From Malacoraja senta (Eukaryota), in NCBI GenBank assembly GCA_038087875.1, contig CM075991.1, positions 5,828,001 to 5,892,000 on the forward strand: a stretch of DNA of 64,000 bases, written 5' to 3'. Position numbers and translations under genes: made by a program. The notes beneath the pieces were generated by a model. The model did not search any database. It saw only the letters and a list, made by a program, of their open reading frames with translations, and was not told where the DNA came from. Positions 1-12,884 of this stretch are shown piece by piece. Each line of letters starts with the position of its first letter. Positions within the stretch are counted from its first letter, which is position 1.

Positions 1-3000
1 TATGCTCGTTTGTGACTTTGTAACATATAAAATTATATCATCTGCATATAATGAAATTTTATTATTTGAGTCCCTAGTGTTGTAGCCATGAATATTCGGA
101 TGAATTCTTATACTTTCAGCCAAAGGCTCTATCATAAGGGCAAATAGCAGGGGTGATAACGCACATCCCTGCGTACTGCCCATTGATAATTGAAAATTTT
201 AAGATAACATATTATTAGTTAATATTCTTGCCATCGGGTTATCATATAATAGTTTTAACCGTGTAATAAAATTCTCTCCCATATTAATTTTTTGCAGTAC
301 TTTATATGAGTACTTCCACTCTACCTGATCAAATGCTGTCTCTGCCACCAGAGAAATAATTGATATATCTTCTTCCTCCCTTTTATGCGAGTACATTATG
401 TTAAACAGGCGTCTCAAATTATTAAATAAGTATCTTTTCTGTATTAACCCCGTTTGATCAGGATTTATCAGTTTACTAATATATTTGCCTAATCTTCTTG
501 CTAAAGTCTTCTCTAAAATTTTCTGGTCTGTATTTAAAAGTGATATAGCTCTATATGAGCCCGGATCGTCTAAATCTTTATCTTTTTTGGAATAAGCGTA
601 ATAGTTGATTCTACTAATGTTTCAGGTAGTTTATTTTCTTTAAAAGCATGAGTATATAAATGAAATAAATAAGGAGTCGTTATCTCATGAATTTTTTTAA
701 TAAAATTCATTACTAAAACCACCTGGTCCCAATCTTTTACCATTTTTCAGCGATTTTATTGTTTCACCTATTTATTCAATTGCAATTTGAGCTCCAAGTT
801 CCTCTTGTTCCAAAAGGACAAGTTTTGGAAGATTACAGTTATGAAAAAAAAATTGTTTTACTATCTTCTATTTTAGATTTAGATGCATATAAAGTTTTGA
901 TAAAATTGAGCAAATCTATTGATAATATCTTTAGGTAGTATTAATAATTCACCTTTCTATGATTTAATTTTAGTTATAGTATTTTCCTTTTCTTGTTTTT
1001 TCAATTGACGAGCTAAAAGCTTATGTGGTTTGTCACCAAACTCAAAATGTTCCTGTTGTGTAATTTGGAATAGTCTTATTACTCTTGCTGATAAAATTCG
1101 ATTAAGTTTAAATTTCAGTAACATTATCTTATTATGTTTATCTGTAGTGGAATCTTTGGCATTATCTAACTCTAACTGTCTAATTTCTTGTTCTAACAGC
1201 ATTTGTTCTGTCTTATTCTTTATATTTTGAAAAATTTGATATGAAATTATAATTCCTCTAATAAATGCCTTTAAAGTTTCCCATAATTAAGAAGGCGAAG
1301 GACCTGGTGTATCATTTGTCGCCAAATAAAAAATAATTTGTTGTTTTAAGTATTGATAACATTGTAAGTCATTTAAAATATGTGTATTAAACCTCCAAAA
1401 AAAGATTTTACCCGACATTCCCTCAAATTTTACTGAAAATGTCAACGGAGAGTGATCAGAAATACTACTAATGTGGTATATTGGATTAATTGTATATGGC
1501 ATTCATTTCATATCCACTAAAAAGTAATCAATTCTTGAATAAGTTTATGTACCGAAGAGTAAAACGTGTATTCCCTTCCTACTGGAGTAGCAGATCTCCA
1601 TACATCTGTTATATTAGTATTTTTTATATATGTATTTAGAAGTTCACTAGTCTTAGATTTTAAATTACTCCTCCTTTGTTTTACTGATTTGTCTAAGTAG
1701 GATCTAACACACAGTTGAAGTCACCCCTATTATCACATTTTGGTAATTAAACTCTAATATGATATCTATAATTTTACCAAACAAATTGGGGGTTGTCAAA
1801 ATTCGGAGCGTAAATATTTATCATAGTTAGTGGGGTTGCATAAATTTCTCCCGAATCTATAATATACCTTCCCTCTTTATCTGATATAGTATTCTTTAAT
1901 TTGAAAGGTATACCTTTTCGAATATGAATAGCCGTACCTCTAGATGTGGAAGTAAATGACGAATAGTATGTTTGACCTATCCACTTCGCCTTTAATCTCA
2001 TTTGTGTTTGTTGTTTCATGTGGGTTTCCTGTAAAAACATTATGTCGCTTTTCAAAGATTTTAGTTGAGCAAAAATGTTACCCCTCTTTATTGGTTCATT
2101 GGCACCCGTTATATTCCAACTACAGAATGTGATTCCTCCATTCTTTATTTGTCTATCGTCTTGCATTATATATCAAAATAGTATTCCTGAATCATATGGT
2201 GCAAGCAAATACCTCAGAGTTATGGGTGTTGGGTGGTCATCCCAAGTTTTTAGATTTATATTACATCTCCTTCTTGAAAAGTACCTTAATAAAAGAGAGA
2301 AAAAATGTGATATAAAGTTGAATACAAACAAAATAAGCAAATACAAGTCTTTCTAGTGATTTAAAAAAAATAGTGATGTTAAGGTATCTAACAAAAGATA
2401 CCTTAAAGGCAAGTAGCCACCTAAGGTGGCGAAACATTTATGGACTTCCGTTGATGTTGTTTTACATTGAGCTCCAATCCCTTAATAAAACCTCATAAAA
2501 AGCTACAGACCGTTTCATATCTTATTTATTCTTATTTAATTTTATCAAACTGGCACCAGTGAAAACCGAAAACATTCAGAAAAATATATTTTAAAGAATA
2601 TATATATATATATATAAATATAAGTATATATGCCTTTCCAATTAATCTAACCTTAATCTAGTCTAAACTTTACCATAAATGTCCACCCAAGATTCTTACG
2701 TAATTCTTACCCATCCTTTAACTGCCATATAAGCAGGTACCAAGGGGTTAAACAAAACCTAATTCCTGGATCTTTTCCAGGTTTATGCTGCGCCTAACTA
2801 TTTCCCACACCAGAAAAGTAGGTTAGTAATGTTATAAACATTTTGCTTGGTTACTATTTATAAGCATATATAATTTATAAGTATATATCATTAATATTAA
2901 TTCATTTCCCTTTTTGAATATATAAAATCATAATTATATACACTCCCATTATCTCCTTCCCCGTCTCATGGTTTATTCATGATTTGTTCATTTTACTACA

Positions 3001-3325
3001 TACATTCACGAGTAATTAGTATTATTAAATTTGTTAAAATAATTGGTTAATTATAATTAGAATATAATGGTTAGATATTTTCTTAAATCAACAGTTTTTA
3101 TATTCCAATTAGTATTATCTCGTTCCATGTCCATTATACATTCCCTCATTACTTCTGTATCTTCAACGTCAATTCAACGTCAACGTCAATCTTCAATGAG
3201 ATGTTTTTTGTAGCCTCTTCCTGACCCTCCAATTGAACTTGAACTAACTTATCAATGGACTTATCAAAACTTATCAAAAGACTTGGAATCTGATGAAGAA
3301 TATTCAGATGAAGATCAGATGTAAT
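1..3325 (-). mobile_element. L1-clade LINE family A, degraded (partial, runs off the window start)
   Basis: APE endonuclease fragment 1774-2166 (SWNITG, IMFLQETH, NIYAPN), SDHSPL at 1287-1502 and RT fragments (DQVEW, SLYADD). Many frameshifts. The 5' boundary is approximate. Confidence 0.9.
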
Positions 3326-3454
3326 GTAAACAAATAAATTGGGGAAATAAATGATTATATAAAGTTTTATTTTAATGTCGATGGTTTCACTGTTTATTTG
3401 GTCAAATTATTTAAACACTTGTGATCATGACGTGCTGGTGAATGACAGTGCGAC

Positions 3455-3745
3455 AGTCCACCCACCCATCCACACATATAAACATACATGCATACATACA
3501 CACATCCACACACATATCCATCCGTACGCACACTTCCGTGCATGCACACACATACACATACATTCACACATATATCCACACACACACACATCCACACATC
3601 CATCCGCACGCAGACGTACATGTACACATCCATGCATGCGCATACATCCACACACATACATCCATACATACATCCACACATCCATCCACACATCCATCCA
3701 TCCACATATACATACACACTTAAATCCACACATCCACAGATACAC
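3455..3745. repeat. CA/CATC-rich low-complexity microsatellite
   Basis: Imperfect (CACA/CATA/CATC)n tract. The paralogous tract at about 47525-47700 is roughly 115 bp shorter. Confidence 0.9.
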
Positions 3746-4136
3746 CTTTGATAGTTAATAATAATAATACATTTTATTTGTACAGCGCATTTCTTTTTTT
3801 AAATTTTTTTTATTTTATTAGAAGTTAATACAATACAAAACAATACAGTGGCACATAATTTGGGTGCCAACTATGTCATAACGTAATGCATTCTATGTAC
3901 AACCTCTAGTTTTATGTTTTTGAAAAGGAGGTAAAAAATAAAAAATAAAAAATAAAAACATAGAGAAAAGAAAGTGGAAAAATAAATAGTAGAAAATAGA
4001 AAAACGTGAAGTGTGTATATAAGAAAAGAAAAAATAGAAAGTAGAAATAGTAGAAAAAGACCCTTAAAAAAGAAAATTTCAAATCTTTGTTTGGAGATGT
4101 AAATCTATCCACGACCTGACCTGAAATCAGTATTCT

Positions 4137-7100
4137 TTACGGTACTGCTGCATCACATGATTCCAAAAAGTCGATGAAAGGGGACCAACTCCTTAAGAAT
4201 TGGTCATATTTATCTATTAGGCCGAGTCTCATTTCTTCAAGGTGTGCTATGTCCGTCATATTCCTAATCAACATTTTAATAGTTGGTATAGCTGTATTTT
4301 TCCAAAATTTATGTATCAATTTCTTTCCAATTATTAACCCATAATTAAAGAATACTTTTTGGTCTTTGTTTAAATTGATATCTTCTAATATTATTCCAAA
4401 TATAATCCATTCCATATTAGGTTCTATTCTTGACTTGAAGAGCTTTGTAAATATATCAAATATATCGCTCCAATTCAACTTTGTACATCCTACAAATGAA
4501 TGTGTTATATTGGCATTTTGAAACAAACATTTATCGCATCTGGGAGAGACATTTGGGTAAAATTCATTCAACCTGGTTTTTGAATAATATATTCTATGTA
4601 ATAATTTAAATTGAATTAAATTATGTCTTGCATTAATGGAACAATTATGTGTATTCATCAGATACTTTTCCCATCTATCTTTCGGGATCTTTAATATTAG
4701 TTCATGTTCCCAATCTTCTCTTAGTGCCTCTGTTGAGGGTAATTCTCTATTTAATATACTATTATAAAAATATGACATTAGTTTTTCTGAATCAGCCTTA
4801 ATATTCATTGCTTCTTCTAAAGGGTCTAAAAATATAGTTTGAAATCTATGTATATATTTCTTCATAAAGTCACATATCTGTATATATTTAAAATATTGAT
4901 TATCATTCAGTTTAAATTTTAATTTTAATTGTTGAAATGATAACAATTTGCCCAGTTCATACATATCTCCTACTTTCCTAATCTCTAATCTATCCCATTG
5001 TTTATATGTATTGTCGATAAGAGATGGTTTGAATGCAGGATTATTCAGAATTGGGGTTAATACTGATAGATTATTTAATTTCAAGGATAATTTTATTTGT
5101 TTCCAAATTCTTATTGTATTGTGAATAATTGGGTTCTTCTTATATATTATACTATTCAATTTTATTGGTGAGAACAAGATCGTTCCTATATCGTACGGGA
5201 AACACTCGTCTTTTTCCATTCTTATCCACTCCGACGGGTGAGTTGAACTATCCAACCAGTACATTATGTTCTTAATATGCACTGCCCAGTAGTAATACGT
5301 AAAGTTAGGTAGTGATAAACCCCCAGCTTCTTTAGGTTTACACAAATGCTTTCGTTCAATTCTGTGTGCTCTATAATCCCATATAAAATTAGTGATATTA
5401 GAATCTAGTTTTTTTTAAAAATATTTCGGAATATATATTGGGATCGCTTGAAACAAATATATTAATTGTGGTAAGAAAGTCATTTTTATAGCTTTAATTC
5501 TACCTATCAATGAGAGTGGGAGCGTTTTCCAAAATTTAATCATAACATTCAATTTATTTAATAGTGGCATAAAATTGGCGCTAAATAATGATTTGTGTCT
5601 TCTCGTAATTTGAATACCTAAATACTTGAATTTTTCTGTTGCAATTTTGAAAGGGAATTTTAATAAGTGTCTCGCATCCTATGGTTTTAAAGACATGATT
5701 TCGCTTTTATTCCAATTTATTCTATATCCTGAAAAAGAACCAAATTCCTCAATTAGTGTTAATAAGGTGGGAATACTCGTTTGTGTATTAGTAATATATA
5801 AAAGAATATGATCAGCATATAATGAAATTTTATTCTTTGAGTCCTTGGTGTTATATCCGTGAATATTCGGATGATTTCTAATCCTTTCAGCCAGCGGTTC
5901 TATCATAAGGGCAAATAGCAATGGTGATAAGGCACAACCCTGCCTATTACCCCTTGATAAATAAAAATTTGAAGATAACATATTGTTAGTTAATATTCTT
6001 GCCGTAGGTTTATCATAAAGTAGTTTAACACATCTAATAAAATTTTCTCCCGTATTAAATTTTTCGAGTACCTTATATAAATACTGCCATTCTACCTGAT
6101 CAAATGCCTTCTCTGCATCCAGCGTAACGACTGAAATATCTTCAATGTCCTCTTTGTGAGAGTTCATTATATTGAAAAGCCTTCTCAAGTTATTAAATGA
6201 TTGTCTTTTGGGTATAAATCCCGTTTGATCCGGGTTTACCAATTTATTAATATAATTATTCAGTCTTCTTGCTAGAATCTTTGCTAAAATTTTCTGATCC
6301 GTATTTAAAAGTGATATAGCTCTGTAAGAACCCGGTTCATCTAAATCTTTATCTTTTTTTGGTACAAGCGTTATTGTTGATTCTGCTAAAGTTTCTGGTA
6401 GTTTATTTTCGGTATAAGCCTGCGTGTATAAGTTGAGTAATCTTGGTACAAGTGACTCCTGAAAGCGTTTATAAAATTCATTACTAATACCATCTGGTCC
6501 TGGGGTCTTCCCAATTTTCAATTAGTTTATTATTTGTTTTATTTCTTCACTAGTAATCCTTGCTCCTAATTCCTCTTGTTCTAAACGATCCAATTTAGGG
6601 AGGTTGCAAATATCTAAACAATTTGTAATTTTACTATCATCTGTATTTATTTTAGTTGTGTATAAATTATGATAAAATTGGGCAAACCTTTTATTAATAT
6701 CCTTTGGTAATGTTAGAAGCTCACCCTTATCAGATTTAATTTTAGTGATAGTATTTGCCTTTTCTTGTTGCTTCAGTTGCCTCGCTAATAATTTATGTGG
6801 CTTATCCCCAAATTCGAAGTGTGCCTGTTTTGTAATTTGGAATAGTCTTATTACTCTACCCGATAATATTCTATTGAGTTTATATTTCAATAAGGTTATC
6901 TTATTATGTTTATCTATAGTTGGGTCACTTGCATTGTCCAGTTCTAGCAATTTTATTTCCTGTTCTACCCTCTGAAGTTCACTTTTATTTTCTTTATTTT
7001 GATAACTTTGATAAGAGATTATAACACTGCGAATGTATGCCTTAAAGGTTTCCCATAATAGCGATACAGAAATACCCGGCGTATCATTTGTCTCGAAAGA

Positions 7101-7940
7101 AAATGGTGTTTCTTCTTTTATATACTCATAACCCTGCGGGTTATTTAATATTTGTGCGTTGAATTTCCAAAAAGATTTTATACCCGGCATTCCCTCGATT
7201 TTAAGTATAAAAGTCAGTGGTGAATGATCGGAAATAATACTATTATGATATGATGGTTTAATTGTATACGGGATTAATTTTGTATCCACTAAGAAATAGT
7301 CAATTCGTGAATAAGTTTTATGAGGCGACGAGTAAAACGAATATTCCCTTCCAATTGGGTTTGCTATTCTCCAAACGTCAGTTATGTTATTATTTTTTAT
7401 ATAAGTATTTAAAAATTAACAGGTCTTAGTTTTAACTAGACGCTTCCCTACCTTTATTGATTTATCTAAGTATGGGTCTATAACACAATTAAAATCTCCC
7501 CCCATTATAATATTTTGATAATTATGCTCTGCAATTATATCTAGTATTTTCTTAAAAAATTGGGGATTATCAAAATTAGGCGCATAAATATTTATCATAG
7601 TTAATGGTGTATTGTAAATTTCTCCCGTGACTATAACGTATCTTCCCTCTTTATCAGATATGGACTTCTTTAATTTAAAAGGTATACCTTTCCGAATTAT
7701 AATGACCGTGCCTCTTGCTTTAGAAGTGAATGAGGAGTAGTAGGTTTGACCTATCCTGTTTGCCCTTAATCTGATCTGCGTTTGTTGTTTCAAATGCGTT
7801 TCTTGTAGGAAAGCAATATCAATGTTTAATGATTTTAATTGTGCCAGAATTTTACCCCTCTTAATTGGCTCATTCGCACCTCTAATGTTCCAACTACAAA
7901 AAGTGAGACCTCCGGTGTTTATTCGACTATTATCTTGCAT
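4137..7940 (-). pseudogene. L1 ORF2p (APE endonuclease-RT-Cys domain) with nonsense codons and a frameshift
   Basis: SWNIRG/LQETH/GGDFN/SDHSPL; PGPDG, LDAEKAFD, RQGCALSP, LYADH (a catalytic D changed to H). Stops at 7416, 6522 and 5679; frameshift near 5410. Confidence 0.95.
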
Positions 7941-8859
7941 TGGCTATTATTACCAGAATGTATAATTCATGTGATGCAGCCAAGTACCTCGAAATCCCGA
8001 GTCCAGGGTTGTCCTTCATAATTTCTGCACTAGTTTTACATCTCCTGACCCTATTAAACATAATTAAGGGAAAAAGAAAAACATAAAATGAAGTGTTCAT
8101 AAAGATTGTTAAATCATACAACGCATAATAGTGAATAAACAAAAAAAGTGAATGTAAGTTATCAAAAAGGCGATATCTTACAAAAAAGCCACCTATGGTG
8201 GCTAAGATTTGTTTTAAATTGACCTCCGTCAATGGAATTATGCACTGGGCTTTGTCCCCCTAGTAAAATATCATCCAACATTAGTTGGTTTCCTCCACAT
8301 AACCAAAATTATCATGTCAGGTCGATTAATAGCCAAAAAATTTAAAATAAAATAGAAGAAAAGCTAGAAGATTTACAATAAAATAAAACAGAATTATTAT
8401 CGTCATTAATCAGACTTTTCATTAGCCTGTATGTTAGTTGATTCGTAATTAGTATTTAGAATATCTGTCTAACCTCCCCCATCCTTCCTACTATATAGTT
8501 AGTCATGTTAGTATAATACATTAAACCTTTAGGGTTAATTTAGTTTATTGCGTATATATAATTAATTAATTAATTAGTTAGTTATATGCTGTATATCTAA
8601 ATAATAGATCATATAGTACTAAGACAAAGGCAGACCAACAAGACTGTTATAAATTCAAAAAAGAACAGTCAATAAAACTCAGGGCTGAAAAACTTGGCGC
8701 AGAGCCTGCGACCTTGAACTTTCCATCTGTTGAGCCTCAGTTTTTCAATTCAAGATAAAGTTAGGACTCTGTTATTAAAAAACACATTCTGGCCAAATAA
8801 GTATGTCTGAAAACCGTCTAAACAAAGTAAAAAACAAGTTCAGCCGGCGTAGTGTCTCG

Positions 8860-9975
8860 TTATTCTTGTCCTTGAATTTTATTTAAAATCTCCTGGGCAT
8901 ATTTGCAAGCTGAATCCGGATCCGTCAATGAACGTTGCTTAGCATTGTACGTAATTAACATTTTAGCAGGGTAGATAACTCCGTAACGAACTTCAGAATG
9001 TCCTTGTAAGATACTGCTTGCACTTTTAAACTGGCGTCTTTTAGCTAGTATTTCCCGAGGGTAGTCTCTGTAAAATCTAACAATATTATCAGCGAATGTA
9101 AGATTTTCTCCATAAGATATCTTCTTTAATAAATTTTCCAAAGTCGAAATGTCTAAGAACTTTACAATAATTTGACGTGGTGGAGCATTCGCTCCTCTTT
9201 GGAAGCGACCAACACGATGAGCCACATCTATCTTTGGTTTTTCTGGCAGTTTGAAAACATCTTTACGTAAATTATTGATAAAATCACCCATTTCAGAGCC
9301 GTGCTCTGCCCCCTCTTTAACTCCTATTATTCTCAAATTCTGCCTCCTTGACCTGGCTTCCAAATCTTGACATTTCTCATTCAGTTTATTCGTCAGCTCC
9401 CAATTCGCGTCGTGTTCTCTTTTCAAACCTGTTATTTCCTGGCCCATCTGCTGCATTTCACCCTCCATCTCTTCCATCAATGTTTCCGTCTTTGTTAATT
9501 GCTTCAGCAGGGAGTCATGTTTATTGTTATAATCTCTCTGCATTCTTTCCAATTCCTTAGCAGTCCTCGACTCCAAATCTTTGAACTGCTGGTTCAGGGA
9601 TACGTAAAGTTCCTTTAATTCTCCACAGCTAGTGTCAATTTTCTTAGAGAGATTATCCTCCATTGAAGAAAAATTGTTCTGCATTCTGGAATTCATTTTA
9701 GCAAATTGCTTCTGAAGATCTTTAGTAATGTCTTTAGTAATATTAACTCTTACCGATTCTTCCCAGCTTTTCATTTCTTTCTCCCTTTCTTTTAACTCTT
9801 TTGTTTCAGCACTTGCAGCCATTTCGACTGTTGGTTGTTGAGATTCTAGCTCCTCTTCCAAACTTTCAAATGTAGATTCAGGAGTGGTTTCAAGCTCATC
9901 CAGAGCTTTTTGGAGCTGGAGCTGGAGACTGATTGTAGTCTTCTTGGGTCCTCTCTGACCTCTTCCCTTTTTCAT
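8860..9975 (-). CDS. L1 ORF1p (coiled coil + RRM + CTD), 371 aa, open
   Basis: Heptad-rich N-terminal half, then LEARSRRQNLRIIGVKE, IDVAHRVG, PRQIIVKF and YPAKMLI motifs typical of L1 ORF1p. Confidence 0.93.
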   Translation of the reverse strand: MKKGRGQRGPKKTTISLQLQLQKALDELETTPESTFESLEEELESQQPTVEMAASAETKELKEREKEMKSWEESVRVNITKDITKDLQKQFAKMNSRMQNNFSSMEDNLSKKIDTSCGELKELYVSLNQQFKDLESRTAKELERMQRDYNNKHDSLLKQLTKTETLMEEMEGEMQQMGQEITGLKREHDANWELTNKLNEKCQDLEARSRRQNLRIIGVKEGAEHGSEMGDFINNLRKDVFKLPEKPKIDVAHRVGRFQRGANAPPRQIIVKFLDISTLENLLKKISYGENLTFADNIVRFYRDYPREILAKRRQFKSASSILQGHSEVRYGVIYPAKMLITYNAKQRSLTDPDSACKYAQEILNKIQGQE

Positions 9976-10186
9976 CCGATTTTTACCGGTAAAATCGTTT
10001 TAAATCCCGATTCCACCGGCACCGTCTGATGACATCAGTACCCACGAGGTTCAGCAATCCCGGTAAGAGTTTTTAAATCGATCCTGGCGTAGGAACCGAG
10101 TTTATACACGATTTGTCGGGAGCAGAGCTCTGTGCAGCTGTCTTACTGCTTCATAGCAGCCACCGGAAGTCCGTACAGCGCATTTC

Positions 10187-11293
10187 AAGGACTCAAAGTC
10201 GGTTTACATGGAGAGTCAAGAACAAAATATAATAGAACAAAATAGGGCAATAAGACAGAGATGAAAAGGAGAGGGGGACATGGGACTAAGGGTATGCCGA
10301 GGTGAAGAGATGGGTCTTGAGGCGGGACTGGAGGATGGTGAGGGACTCAGAATTTCGGATCAATTGTGAGAGGGAGTTCCAGAGCCTGGGAACTGCCCTG
10401 GAGAAGGCTCTGTCTCCAAAAGTGCAGAGGTTGGATTTCGGAATGGAGAGGAGACCTACTGATATGGATCTGAGGGACCGTGAGGGTTGGTAGGGGGAGA
10501 GGAAGTCAGTGAGATAAGGGGGGGGGCAAGTGGTTGAGGGCTTTGTAAATGAGGACCAGGATTTTGTAGATGATCCGGTGGGAAATGGGAAGGCAGTGAA
10601 GTTCTTTGAGAACTGGGGTGATGTGGTGCCAGGATTTGGTGTGGGTGATGAGTTGCGCGGCTACATTCTAGAACAGTTGGAGTCTGTTGATGTTGCTGGA
10701 ATTAATGCGAAAGAGAAGAGAGTTACAGTAGTCCAGTCGGGAGGAGATGAAGGCATGGATGAGTCTTTCAGCAGCGGGGGGTGTGAGAGCGGGTCTGATT
10801 TTGGCAATGATGCGGAGGTGAAAAAATGATGTTTTGATAACATGGCGGATGTGAGGCTCAAGGGAGAGTGTTGAGTCAAAGATCACGCCAAGGTTGCGGG
10901 CCCGAGGAGATGGGGAGACATTGGTGCCGTCAAATGTGAGAGTGGTGTTGTGAATTTTGGTAAGTGTTGATTTGGAGCCAATGAGGAGAAATTCTGTTTT
11001 GTTACTGTTTAATTTAAGGAAGTTGAGTTGCATCCAAGATTTGATGGCTGACAGGCAGGAGTTGATATGGGAGAGAGGGGGTGGTGGGAGGACTTGGTGC
11101 TGAGATCGATCTGGGTGTCATCAGCATAGCAATGGAAGTCCACATTGAAGTGACGGAGTATATGACCATGGGGGAGGATGTAATGATGAAGAGGAGGGGA
11201 CCGAGAACGGAGCCTTGGGGAACGCCTTGAGTGACAGTGGCTGTGGCAGAGCTGTGGTTATGGAGAGAGATGAAGTGGGATCGGTTGGAAAGG
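10187..11293 (-). mobile_element. L2-clade LINE 3' fragment (its tail, 3757-3779, is displaced by the L1 insertion)
   Basis: TQGVPQGSVLGPLLF, NFLKLNSNKTE, ARNLGVIFD, HAFISSRLDYCNSL and YQPSRSLRS. The 3' end ...ctttgagtccttgaaatgcgctgtacaaataaaatgtattattattatt is reconstituted across the L1. Confidence 0.92.
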
Positions 11294-11892
11294 TGAGGAA
11301 CGGAGCCAGCTGAGAGCAGAACCTTCGTGCCAAGGTCTTTAAGTCTGGTAAGCACAGACACACACACAAACTAGATACTCAAACAAAGCAACAATTTTAG
11401 GGTTATTTTAGGTTAAAGGTAATAGCCCTCATTTGCAAAGGCACCATCGGTGGGTCTCTAACATAAATGTAGGCTCATTGTAGCTTAAAATGAATACTCA
11501 TCGAGAAAACATCAGAGCATTCGATTCTTGGTCAGGATTGACATTTATATCAGAAATCAGACAGGTCTCTTACAGGTCTGTCACCCAGCCTGGCACTGCC
11601 CCAGTCCCACTATGGCAGTTAACCCTACACTCCACACTATGGCAGTCAATGGGGTTCAGTAAACGGGGTAACACAGAGGATCTGCCCTGACCCTTAAATT
11701 AGGCAGGTTCATGAGCCCTTAAAACCTGGGACCTCTGCTGCAGTCTCATTAAATTTCCTATTAAAGCGACAGGAAGATGCCTTGCAGGACTGCCCCCCAG
11801 CCTGGAACTGCCCCAGTCCCACCATGGCCGCGACCCCACCTCTGCACAATGGCAGTCAGTGAGGTTCTGTAAAGAGAGGAAACCACAAGAAC
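11294..11892 (-). other. Unclassified, possibly LTR-like segment with ~190-210 bp imperfect internal repeats
   Basis: Truncates the L2 and ends in CA on the minus strand. The motif cagcctgg(c/a)actgccccagtcccac recurs at about 11585 and 11798. Copy 2 (56791-57460) also keeps a second ctgccct..aattagg..ggacctctgc block. Confidence 0.3.
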
Positions 11893-12878
11893 TGTGTTTT
11901 TATTCCTTTCCACTTCAACTGTTCTATTAAAAAGATATGGAATAATTCCCACGTGGGTGTTGAGCACCATTCCGCAATTTCCAACCCCGGAAGGTTCAAC
12001 GTCACCAGAATGTGACGGGAATGGGGAACAGAAGTTACCTTTTCTTCCTTCGGGGGCATCACGTACCCGTGACCATCTACCACCTTAACATCCTCATCAC
12101 AGAGGGTTGGGCTCACGGCAGTTGTGGCTCTGGATAAGGGAGTTGACCATCTATTTAACCACACCATGCCACCTTGATCTCCACATACTACAGTAATGGG
12201 GTCTTCGGAATTACTTTGATTTATAATAAACCGCATTTGTCTCTCTCTCCTTTGATCCCCAGGGAGCCCCAAACACTACAATTCCAGCAATTCCACGCAA
12301 CATTTTTGCCCTTCACATTGCACCGCTTCCTCTTTCAATAATGTAGCTCAATTTGTGCAAGTGACTGTATTTACATCATTAACAACTGTATTCATTCCAT
12401 CAATTTTCAGTTAGGGTTTCTGATGATTCAATGTTGTGCCGTTGGAGCACTCTTGACTCCAGCCTGATGCATGCATTATGTGAAACCCTGTGAAAATAAA
12501 AACAAATCCAGACCCTTGCTAGTTGTGGTAGTTCAATTCTTCCTTTATGGTTTATACTGTTTCTACTGAGTTCAATGTTTCCATTTAGCAGTCCTATTCA
12601 TGTCAACGAGAAAAGATATTTCACCTTACAATTTAACACCATGTTGCCCACCCACCAGGGCTGGAGAGCAGCCCATTCCGGGAGAATTCTAACCATTACC
12701 TGATTTCCGTTCTTCGACCTTTTAGCTTAAATGCTTACTTTTCCTTTTCCTAATATTTGATCCTCTACTGAACAAATAACTCATAATGAAGTTGAAGACA
12801 TTTATTTACTAACTCTAGGATGTACCCAATATTATTCCATTTCCATTGCAGGCATGTGCTCCTATCGTTTTTACATCT
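11893..12878 (-). mobile_element. Degraded retrovirus/LTR-element relic: integrase C-terminus, splice acceptor, env-like N-terminus
   Basis: Hand translation across frameshifts gives GNQVMVR..QPWWVG..FLVDMNRTAKWKH*TQ*KQYKP*, then tttgtttttattttcacag, then Cys-containing ORF 11856-12272 (VVDGHGYVMPP..RHILVTLNLPGLEIAEWC). Confidence 0.5.
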
Positions 12879-12884
12879 TCAGTA

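Larger units (their letters stand above)
3794..10172 (-). mobile_element. Full-length L1-clade LINE family B (6.4 kb), ORF1 intact, ORF2 disrupted
   Basis: 14-bp TSD gtacagcgcatttc at 3780-3793 and 10173-10186. 5' end GGACTTCCGGTGG, ORF1 8860-9975, ~0.9 kb spacer, ORF2 pieces 4137-7940, A-rich tail at 3794. Confidence 0.97.

Noticed and set aside
3375..3758. His/Thr-rich and Cys/Val/Met-rich ORFs on both strands
   Set aside because: Translation artefacts of the CA-rich microsatellite; length is not conserved in the second copy.
6519..6524. Programmed readthrough at the in-frame TAA between EN and RT, present in all three copies
   Set aside because: All copies descend from one insertion and also share a second stop and a YADD>YADH change where that region is present, so shared ancestry of a nonsense mutation suffices.
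8860..9975. Domesticated L1TD1-like host gene
   Set aside because: The ORF lies inside a full-length TSD-flanked L1 with its own 5' UTR; being open is compatible with young age.
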